A stretch of 64,000 nt of DNA from positions 8,734 through 72,733 of the forward strand of contig JAHHIK010000029.1 of assembly GCA_019358935.1 (NCBI GenBank), written 5' to 3'. Made by a program: the position numbers and the translations under genes. This document shows positions 40,137-48,362 of this stretch, one piece after another (the stretch's first letter is position 1; every line of letters starts with the position of its first letter). The DNA comes from Tolypothrix carrinoi HA7290-LM1 (lineage in GTDB: Bacteria > Cyanobacteriota > Cyanobacteriia > Cyanobacteriales > Nostocaceae). Under the pieces are notes generated by a model that did no database searches, had not been told where the DNA came from, and saw only the letters and a program-made list of their open reading frames with translations.

Positions 40137-43100
40137 TTAAGATAATTTTTCTAACTCCTCTATGATAATTTCTTCAATAACCAGAGCCAATTCAGATACG
40201 GAGGGTGCCTCAAAGAGGGAACGAATAGATAGTTCTACCTGGAACTTTTTACGAAGCTGAGAAATTAGTACGGTTCCTATTAAAGAGTCTCCTCCTAACT
40301 CAAAAAAGTTGTCATGAATACCTACCTGCTCAATCCCTAGTAATTCTTGATAGATATCAGCAATCCTAGACTCACTCTCACTGGTAGGAGCAACATAAGC
40401 AGTTCTCAGTTGAGGTCTTTGGTATACCGATTTAGATATGTTGGACTTCTCTAGGACTTTCAAGGAAAATTTCTGCTCAACCTCAGTCAGTAAATCCTGC
40501 GTTGATACAACTATCTGAGGCACCGTGCTACTGAACAGAATCCGTCTAAATGCCTCAATGCCTTCTTCTGGGGTCATCCCTGGCGCAATCTCTTTCTCTG
40601 TTATAGCCTTATACCGTGTTTCAACAGCTACCGCCGTTCCTAAATTGCTCCATCTATCCCAGTCAATGGCTCTGGTAAACTTGCCATATTTAGAAACACT
40701 GTAGTGAGCGAATGCGTCAAGAAAGGCATTTTCAGCAATGTAGTCTACCATACCCGCTACAGGTTGAAATGTACTACTTGATGAACAGAGTACAAAGAAA
40801 TCCAGTTTGGCATTCTTAAAGAGAATATCGAGGATTTGTGTTCCCCTGACTTTCGGTGCAAGAGCACTTGCTGCTGCCGCTTTTGTTTTTAGTTGAATAA
40901 GACCTCCTCCTGGAACTACTGCGGCATGAATCACCCCATGAATCTGACCAAATTGATGATTGGCCTGAGCGATCGCTGCTGACATTTGTTCAAGGTTGGC
41001 AACATCAGCGCTGACTACCAATACCTCTGCACCCAACGCCTCGATCGCTTGTAATTTTCGGATTTTACAGCTGATACTGTCGGATTCATCATGAGTGGAT
41101 AGCCATTGTAACCACTCGTTGCGATCGGGAAAAGCTGAATGCCCAGTCAGTATCAGTTTTGCTTTTACGGTCTGTGCCAGATACTCAGCCAGCACTAGAC
41201 CAACGCCTCCTAATCCACCCGTAATCAGATAGACTCCCCCTTCCCTTAAGCGTGGTTTTCCTTCAACAGTTTCATACAGTTGGATTGGCTCAAAGGTCTG
41301 CACCCACCGATGATTGCCACGGTAGGCAATAATCTGATCGGATGGTTGAGTAGTCAGTTCTGTCAGTAGCTGGTTTACGAGTTTATCCCCTTGCCAACTT
41401 TCTAGTTCAGGAATAACAACATCAATACTACGACAGTTTATGTTTGGGTACTCTATCGGAATAATTTTACAGGGTCCAAGAACTAGTGCTTTCTCTGGAG
41501 ACAGCACCTCTTCACCTGTTAATTCCTGCATATTATTTGACACGATTCCAATTTCAAGGGAATCTGTAAGATTTTGTTCTCCAATTGCCTGCGTTAGAAA
41601 CAGCAAACTGTAAAAGTCTAAATCTTGAGAGTCTACCGATTCAAGTCCTAATTCTATATGATCAGGTGGTGTAACACTCCACAAATAAACAATTGTTTTT
41701 GGGGTCAAGTCCAGGGTGCAAAGTTCTTTGAGCAGGGTGTCGTAGTCATCCCGTTGCTGAGGATTGATCGTATATACGTGTTGATCAAGTCCATCTGTAG
41801 AAGATTTGCTCTCGCTACGAAATTGCTCTCCCATCTTGACAGTAATAACATTCTGGTTCTCAAGTTTGAGTCGCTTCACTATTTGGACACCCAAGCCGCA
41901 CTCATCGATAAATATTAACCAGCATCTTGACTGAGTCAATTTCAAAGGCTGGGGTGGCATTGAGCGTTTCCAGGATGGGATATAGAACCAGTCAGCAATG
42001 TCCGGCTTTTTATCTGACAAGACTTGAGGCATCTTGTCAACATCTTTTTGATCGACTAAAGCTGTAAATGCTGCTGGTGCTGATAATGCTGTTGACGAAG
42101 AAGCCTGAGCAACAAAAACATGTTCCCCAAAGGCTTCAAATTCAGAGAAAGCTGCCACCTCAATAAAACCACAGGAGTTTAGTGCTTCTTGCCACTGCTC
42201 TTTTGATAAAAATGGATTAGCCATGTTGCGGCTGCCTTTTTCATCTTCTATGGGATTCATGATTAGAGCATCAATCATGTCCGACTCTGGTCTAGGTTGA
42301 GTGATTTCCCACAGCAGTAAGAAGCCTCCAGGAGCTAATAAAGAGCGAACATGCTCTAGGGTTTGTTCGATGTTGCGGGCTATGTGCAATACATTGACGG
42401 CTACTACTACATCATAGCTGTGGCTATTGTACCCCTGGTCTTGAGGCGATCGCTCGATGTCTAGTAAGCCATATTGGACAAAAGGATACGCACTAAACTT
42501 ATTTTTGGCATCTTTGACAAAAAAACCGCCCACATCGGTAAAAGTATAGTTTGTTTGCTGGGATGCTAACACAGGTAGTAATTCCACCGTGGCGATCCCA
42601 GTTCCACCGCCGATTTCTAAAATTCTGAGGTTCACGTCTGGTGGTAAAGTCATTGCCAGCTTTTCCACCATTGCCCGCATAATGCCTCTTAAGTAAACCT
42701 CAGAGGGCAAGTATTGTCGAGAAATTTCTCCTTGGTTGACTAATGTAGCAACATGCAACTCTAATGGTTCTTTTTGACCAGTAAGCACAGCTACCAGATT
42801 TTCACCAAATATCTGGATCAGGTTTATATTTTGAGGTGTATCTGCCCATCTGACTCTGACTTCTTCTAGAAGAGTGTCGATATGGTCTTTTGACGATAGT
42901 AAAAAGTTTGTAAATAAACCCTCCTCTTGCTGTAACTGACCTTGCTCTACCAGTACTTCCAGCCACCTACACAACAGTTCACGGTATTTAGGAATTATAG
43001 AACATTGCTCAAATAATTCCTCAATAGAATATTTTTTGACTGGATCGCTAAATGTACCTAAATGTTTCAGGGCAAGGCTCATGTAAGCAGTACATAAATG

Positions 43101-45995
43101 ATCTAACCATTGTTCGTTTGCTCGATAAGTTTGGTCGTCAAATTCCAAGCTCCCTTGAATCGCTTGCATCTGAGCAACTTCTACCAGAGATTTCCAAAGC
43201 TCTGATGCTGTTGGTCTTGGGTGAAACTGTCTGGGTGAAAGTGATGGTTGTGGTTCAATCCAGTAACGTTGGCGCTCAAAGGGATAAGTCGGTAAGGGAA
43301 CGCGATGACGGCGCTCATTGGCATAAAAGCCCGACCAATCAATCTGGACTCCTGAGAGCCACAATTGACCTAATGTCTTAAGCAAGAAAGCCAAATCTGG
43401 CTGTCGCTCGTAGGAATGCCGGAGCGAGGGCAGTACAATTTGATCTGTAAAGGAGCCGTTATCCAAACACTGTAAAGCTAAACTGCTCAGTGTCTGTCCC
43501 GATCCCACCTCCAACAGAATCGGATTTTGTTTTTTCCACAATTGTTGAACTCCATCTGCAAAACGCACGGTTTCGCATAGATGCTTTGCCCAGTATGTGG
43601 GATCTGTAGCTTCGGCTGCTGTAATCCAAGTTCCCGTGACATTAGATAAATAGGGAATTTTGGGTGGCTGGAGGCTGACAGTTTTTACCAAGTCGGTGAA
43701 TGGTTGTGCGATCGCATCCATCATTGTTGAATGAAAGGCATGGGAAGTTTGCAAACGCCGACAGGCTAATCCCCTTTCAGTCAACTTGCTTTCTAATTCA
43801 TCGACAGCATCTATGACTCCAGCAATCACACACTGTTGCGAACCGTTGATTGCTGACAAAGAAAGATTCTCACTCAACAGAGGATGCACCTGTTCTTCTG
43901 AAAGGGGGACAGCCAACATTGCGCCACTTGGTAATTCCTGAATCATTTGCGCTCTTTTGGCGACGAGAGTCAAAGCATCTTCAATAGACAACACCCCTGC
44001 TAGCGTAGCCGCGACATATTCACCGATGCTGTAGCCAATCATTGCCGCCGGACGAATTCCCCATGACATCCACAACTGGGCCAAGGCGTACTCAATGACA
44101 AAAATAGCTGGCTGAGTGAGATAAGTTTGATTGAGTTTTTGAGTGCCTACATCTGCTTGTTCTGTCCCACGACCTAACATTTTTCGCAAATCTAGCCCAG
44201 CAGCAAGAGTGTTTTGTTTTTGCTGAGTGTCATTCTCACTGTTTTTAGTGGGATACAGGACATCTCGCAAATCTTGACCAAGAAGCGGTTTGAGAAATTC
44301 ACAACAGTAGTCAATTTGTTGCCGAAATGTTGGTTCATCTTGGTAAAGTTCACCAGCCATGTTGACATATTGAGTACCCAGCCCTGGAAACATGAAGGCT
44401 AGAGGACGTTCTTCAGTTTCTTGAATACTGGCAAGTAAGCGCTTTGGATCTTCAAGTGCAGCGATCACATCTGCAATATCCCGACAAACAAAAGTCTGCC
44501 TATGTTCAAAAGCTTGTCGTCCACACTGCAATGTGTAAGCAACATCCGCGAGGTTTAAATCGGGATGCTGTTTGAAGTAATCTGCCAAATTGACAGTAGC
44601 GCTTTTTAATGCTGAGTCTGTTTTAGCTGAAAGTAATAATAACTGCCAAGGACGAGAAGGGCTAGATTTTGGAAGGGTTGGGGCTTCTTCCAAAATTACG
44701 TGAGCATTAGTCCCACCTATACCCAGAGAACTCACACCTGCACGGCGAGGAATATGAGTAGTTTTCCATTCCGTCAGCTTGGTGTTGACGTAAAAAGGAC
44801 TGTTGGCAAAATCAATCTCCGGATTGGGTTGTTCAAAGTTTAAGCTGGGGGGTATTTGCTGATGTTTGAGAGCCAGAGTCGCCTTAATTAAGCTTGTAAC
44901 CCCTGCGGCTGCGTCTAAATGACCAATATTTGTTTTGACTGAACCGATCGCACAGAAGCCTTTTTTATCGGTACTTTCACGAAACACGTTTGTTAAAGCA
45001 GAAATTTCAATGGGATCGCCTAAGACAGTTCCTGAACCGTGAGCTTCTATATAGCTAATGGTTTCAGGTTCCACTCCAGCCAAAGCCAGTGCTTCCGCGA
45101 CTACATCTGCTTGTCCGTTAACGCTGGGTGCTGTGTAACCGATTTTACCAGAACCATCGTTATTGATGGCGCTACCTTTAATTACAGCATAGATATGATC
45201 ACCATCAGCGATCGCCTCAGCTAACCGTTTTAAAACTACAATGCCTACCCCATTACCAATAATCGTTCCCCTGGCTTGAGCATCAAAGGCGCGACAGTGC
45301 CCGTCAGGTGATAAAACACCGCCTTCTTGATACAAATACCCGGTTTTTTGGAGAATATTAATCGATACTCCCCCCGCTAAAGCCATATCGCATTGGTAAT
45401 TTAATAGACTTTGGCAAGCGAGAGAGGTGGCAACTAAGGAAGTAGAACAAGCAGTTTGTACTGTCAGACTTGGGCCAGTAAGATTTAATTTATAGGAAAC
45501 GCGAGTCGCTAGGAAATCTTTATCGTTACCAATTGCCTTTTGAAAAATGCTAGCTAATCCATTGCGATCGCTCTTTAAATCCAATGATAAATAATTATTT
45601 GAACTAGCACCAGCATAAACTCCAACCCGACTTTCACAACGTTGGGAGTCATAGCCAGCATTTTCTAATGCTTCCCATGCATATTCTAAAAATAAACGAT
45701 GCTGCGGGTCTGTAATTTCTGCTTCTTTAGGGTTAAAGCCGAAGAATGAAGCATCAAATAAATCTATATTTTCTAATACAGCAAGGCTTTTCACATATTT
45801 AGGATCACTAAGTAATTCTGGATCAATTTTATAGGCAATTAATTCTGCATCTGTGAAAGTAGATATTGATTCTACTCCAGAGCGTAAATTTTCCCAAAAA
45901 TCTTCAATACCATTAGCACCGGGAAAACGTCCTGACATGCCAATAATTGCAATAGCTTGTATTGAATCGTATGCTTCTGTACTATTGATTAACAT
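40137..45995 (-). CDS. PKS module KS-AT(GYS-type)-MT-KR-ACP
   Basis: KS TACSTS; AT GYSIG; MT LRILEIGGGTG, YTFTD, NVLH, LLAPGG; KR ITGGLGGVG; ACP GGDSL. Confidence 0.95.
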   Translation of the reverse strand: MLINSTEAYDSIQAIAIIGMSGRFPGANGIEDFWENLRSGVESISTFTDAELIAYKIDPELLSDPKYVKSLAVLENIDLFDASFFGFNPKEAEITDPQHRLFLEYAWEALENAGYDSQRCESRVGVYAGASSNNYLSLDLKSDRNGLASIFQKAIGNDKDFLATRVSYKLNLTGPSLTVQTACSTSLVATSLACQSLLNYQCDMALAGGVSINILQKTGYLYQEGGVLSPDGHCRAFDAQARGTIIGNGVGIVVLKRLAEAIADGDHIYAVIKGSAINNDGSGKIGYTAPSVNGQADVVAEALALAGVEPETISYIEAHGSGTVLGDPIEISALTNVFRESTDKKGFCAIGSVKTNIGHLDAAAGVTSLIKATLALKHQQIPPSLNFEQPNPEIDFANSPFYVNTKLTEWKTTHIPRRAGVSSLGIGGTNAHVILEEAPTLPKSSPSRPWQLLLLSAKTDSALKSATVNLADYFKQHPDLNLADVAYTLQCGRQAFEHRQTFVCRDIADVIAALEDPKRLLASIQETEERPLAFMFPGLGTQYVNMAGELYQDEPTFRQQIDYCCEFLKPLLGQDLRDVLYPTKNSENDTQQKQNTLAAGLDLRKMLGRGTEQADVGTQKLNQTYLTQPAIFVIEYALAQLWMSWGIRPAAMIGYSIGEYVAATLAGVLSIEDALTLVAKRAQMIQELPSGAMLAVPLSEEQVHPLLSENLSLSAINGSQQCVIAGVIDAVDELESKLTERGLACRRLQTSHAFHSTMMDAIAQPFTDLVKTVSLQPPKIPYLSNVTGTWITAAEATDPTYWAKHLCETVRFADGVQQLWKKQNPILLEVGSGQTLSSLALQCLDNGSFTDQIVLPSLRHSYERQPDLAFLLKTLGQLWLSGVQIDWSGFYANERRHRVPLPTYPFERQRYWIEPQPSLSPRQFHPRPTASELWKSLVEVAQMQAIQGSLEFDDQTYRANEQWLDHLCTAYMSLALKHLGTFSDPVKKYSIEELFEQCSIIPKYRELLCRWLEVLVEQGQLQQEEGLFTNFLLSSKDHIDTLLEEVRVRWADTPQNINLIQIFGENLVAVLTGQKEPLELHVATLVNQGEISRQYLPSEVYLRGIMRAMVEKLAMTLPPDVNLRILEIGGGTGIATVELLPVLASQQTNYTFTDVGGFFVKDAKNKFSAYPFVQYGLLDIERSPQDQGYNSHSYDVVVAVNVLHIARNIEQTLEHVRSLLAPGGFLLLWEITQPRPESDMIDALIMNPIEDEKGSRNMANPFLSKEQWQEALNSCGFIEVAAFSEFEAFGEHVFVAQASSSTALSAPAAFTALVDQKDVDKMPQVLSDKKPDIADWFYIPSWKRSMPPQPLKLTQSRCWLIFIDECGLGVQIVKRLKLENQNVITVKMGEQFRSESKSSTDGLDQHVYTINPQQRDDYDTLLKELCTLDLTPKTIVYLWSVTPPDHIELGLESVDSQDLDFYSLLFLTQAIGEQNLTDSLEIGIVSNNMQELTGEEVLSPEKALVLGPCKIIPIEYPNINCRSIDVVIPELESWQGDKLVNQLLTELTTQPSDQIIAYRGNHRWVQTFEPIQLYETVEGKPRLREGGVYLITGGLGGVGLVLAEYLAQTVKAKLILTGHSAFPDRNEWLQWLSTHDESDSISCKIRKLQAIEALGAEVLVVSADVANLEQMSAAIAQANHQFGQIHGVIHAAVVPGGGLIQLKTKAAAASALAPKVRGTQILDILFKNAKLDFFVLCSSSSTFQPVAGMVDYIAENAFLDAFAHYSVSKYGKFTRAIDWDRWSNLGTAVAVETRYKAITEKEIAPGMTPEEGIEAFRRILFSSTVPQIVVSTQDLLTEVEQKFSLKVLEKSNISKSVYQRPQLRTAYVAPTSESESRIADIYQELLGIEQVGIHDNFFELGGDSLIGTVLISQLRKKFQVELSIRSLFEAPSVSELALVIEEIIIEELEKLS

Positions 45996-46059
45996 TATCT
46001 TACCTCACTAATTACACATAAACCTATGATTAATAGATTGTCCAAACGACTAATATCAT

Positions 46060-46908
46060 TTAATAACCAACAAACGCTTTCCCAAAAATCCACAATAAAA
46101 ACTTTTCAAGTTTTGTCAATTCTGAGTGGTAAAAATCAAATACCAAAACTACTCGTTCTTTATTACTTTTATTCCATACTTCATGCTCAAAACTATGATC
46201 GAAAAATAAAGTTTTCCCTTCAGTCCAATTCCGCGTTTCACTTCCGACCCTAATGGCACAATTTTCTGGAATTCTTAATCCCAATTGACACATTATATCA
46301 ATATTTGAAGGATCGTAGTGTGGAGGTAAGGCAACTCCTGATTTTAAAACAAGAAATACAACCTGTCCAAAAGGAATCATAAAAGATTTTAACTTAGACA
46401 CAATCTTTACTGTTTTTGGAAATAGAGAGTGGGCTGCTTTAGTAAATTTACCTGCGTCCCATAACATAAATTCTCCCCAGTCATCTTCCTTGAGATGCGG
46501 ATAGTAGTTACTTCCTACAAATCTTGAAACTAAATTATGTTTATTTGATCGATTTCTTAACCACTCATTTTTTATATCTTTCGCACCTTTTTCGAGCGTA
46601 TCAGATATAAATTTTAACCCGTCGTAATCACAAGGTTCATACCAAGGTTTAGAAGTGAGATCAAGATATAAAAACATTCTTGGTTTTTGTTGCGGGTTAC
46701 AATCATCATTATCTATGTCTATCAATCCCAAATAGAATTTGGCAGACTTTTCAAATCTCTGAACATTACCTTTAGGAAATAAATACTTTAACAATGGCAA
46801 TAGCGAAAAAAGTATTTTGACTTTTATCTTATCCGACTTAGACAAAATCTGCTGACGTGGCAGCGATTCCTTGTATTCCTGCAATATGGAATTTTCAAGT
46901 GTAGTCAT
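46060..46908 (-). CDS. Aspartyl/asparaginyl beta-hydroxylase family Fe(II)/2OG dioxygenase
   Basis: PHYD, LGLRIP, W.EGK...FDHSFEHEVWN, RVVLVFD.YH motifs. Confidence 0.9.
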   Translation of the reverse strand: MTTLENSILQEYKESLPRQQILSKSDKIKVKILFSLLPLLKYLFPKGNVQRFEKSAKFYLGLIDIDNDDCNPQQKPRMFLYLDLTSKPWYEPCDYDGLKFISDTLEKGAKDIKNEWLRNRSNKHNLVSRFVGSNYYPHLKEDDWGEFMLWDAGKFTKAAHSLFPKTVKIVSKLKSFMIPFGQVVFLVLKSGVALPPHYDPSNIDIMCQLGLRIPENCAIRVGSETRNWTEGKTLFFDHSFEHEVWNKSNKERVVLVFDFYHSELTKLEKFLLWIFGKAFVGY

Positions 46909-46999
46909 TCTTATTTGCCTCTATTAAGAAATTGCTTTTTTCGAGTGATAGCAGCATTTTGTTTCTCTGCAAAGTTAAGGGTTATCCTCAACTCATGTT

Positions 47000-48349
47000 T
47001 CACGACTGCGAACGCTTAACTTGGGATAAATGCGGGATAAACTCCATATTAAATTCAGGTAATAAGTTAGATGGCAGATGTTTATGAAAAGCTTCAATTG
47101 CTCGTTGCACACCATCTTCTACTTGAATTTTCTTGCTAATTTCAACTACGCGAGCCTGCATCGCCTTATCATTGATAGCAGTTTTAATTGCTGCTGCTAA
47201 CTTTTGAGCAGACAATTGTTCTTTTTGCGGTACTGTAAAATTAATACCTAAACCAGACTGTTCTAAATGGGCTGCCCAAAACTCATGATCATTCAAAAAA
47301 ATATTACCGTCATCTACAATAACAATCATACGAACACCAACTCGTAGAGAAGTCATAATTGTTCCCAAGCCAGCTTGGTGTACAACTACGGACATTTTTG
47401 GGAATAACCAGTTATGATATACCGACCCTTTTATAGATAGTATTTTATCTGTAAATTCAGTATCGTCTAGGTCGTCGTTATTGGAACTCTGCACAATTAT
47501 TCTTTGTCCAGTTAGTGCTGAAAGTTCTAGTAGAACTTCTTTTGTAAAATGCTCAGGATGCCAAAGTCTACTAATATAGATCGGCGGAGATCCTTCAGAT
47601 AAAAAATTTATTAGGTTTGTTGGTGGTTGCCAATTATCTGGATTATCTAGGAAGCAATAACCAGTTACATGCACATGTTCTTGCCATTCAGATGGTTTAG
47701 GCAGAAAAGAAGGACTATAACCATATAGTGCTGGGATTTTTCGCTGCTGTATATAGCGCAATACACTCACAAAAAAAAGAAGAGGAGGCAAATTCAAGAT
47801 TTCCTGTCGCCACTGATTAATTGTTGGTCGAATGTATAACCAAAGAATTTGGTCAAAAAGCGGATAACTAAACCAATTGTAAATACTTCCTAAATGTTTG
47901 AAATAAGGCATATGTGAGTAATAAAAAGCTCTCGTTTGGTGGTGGGGTTGTACAGGAACTAAATAGCAAGGTATACCTAGTTTCTCTGCAATATAAATAC
48001 ATGGGAACACAGTTGTGTTAAACATTATGGCATCTGTTCCTTGGCATACTTGCCATAACTGAGTTAGCATCCCATTTTTATTTTTTAGTTCTTCAGAAAT
48101 CCAAGCTATTTCATTTAGAGTACGGATGTTAAAAATTCTTTTTTTTAAGAAATACTCTCCAATATCTACAAGTTCCCAATCCATAGGAACAAATTCAATA
48201 CCAAAACTTCTAACGAATTCTTCTGCCGCATCGTCATATGCGAATGCAGCAATCCGCACTTTATGCCCAAATTTTTCTAATCCCAGTGCTAAGGGCACAT
48301 AAGGTCTAATGTCACCAGCAGTTCCTAATGTAGCAATTGTTATGTGCAT
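47000..48349 (-). CDS. GT1-family (sterol glucosyltransferase-like) glycosyltransferase
   Basis: GTAGDIRPYVPLA N-terminus, YSPSFLPKPSEW, VHVTGY, HNWLFP, VHQAGLGT, D.EFWA, EDGV..A. Confidence 0.9.
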   Translation of the reverse strand: MHITIATLGTAGDIRPYVPLALGLEKFGHKVRIAAFAYDDAAEEFVRSFGIEFVPMDWELVDIGEYFLKKRIFNIRTLNEIAWISEELKNKNGMLTQLWQVCQGTDAIMFNTTVFPCIYIAEKLGIPCYLVPVQPHHQTRAFYYSHMPYFKHLGSIYNWFSYPLFDQILWLYIRPTINQWRQEILNLPPLLFFVSVLRYIQQRKIPALYGYSPSFLPKPSEWQEHVHVTGYCFLDNPDNWQPPTNLINFLSEGSPPIYISRLWHPEHFTKEVLLELSALTGQRIIVQSSNNDDLDDTEFTDKILSIKGSVYHNWLFPKMSVVVHQAGLGTIMTSLRVGVRMIVIVDDGNIFLNDHEFWAAHLEQSGLGINFTVPQKEQLSAQKLAAAIKTAINDKAMQARVVEISKKIQVEDGVQRAIEAFHKHLPSNLLPEFNMEFIPHLSQVKRSQS

Positions 48350-48362
48350 AAGTTTTTACCTA

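Noticed and set aside
46060..48349. GT and hydroxylase genes as a separately acquired low-GC insert
   Set aside because: They look AT-rich and I saw no HIP1 site, but other cluster parts (e.g. 3500-5400) are similarly AT-rich and 2.3 kb is too short to judge by eye
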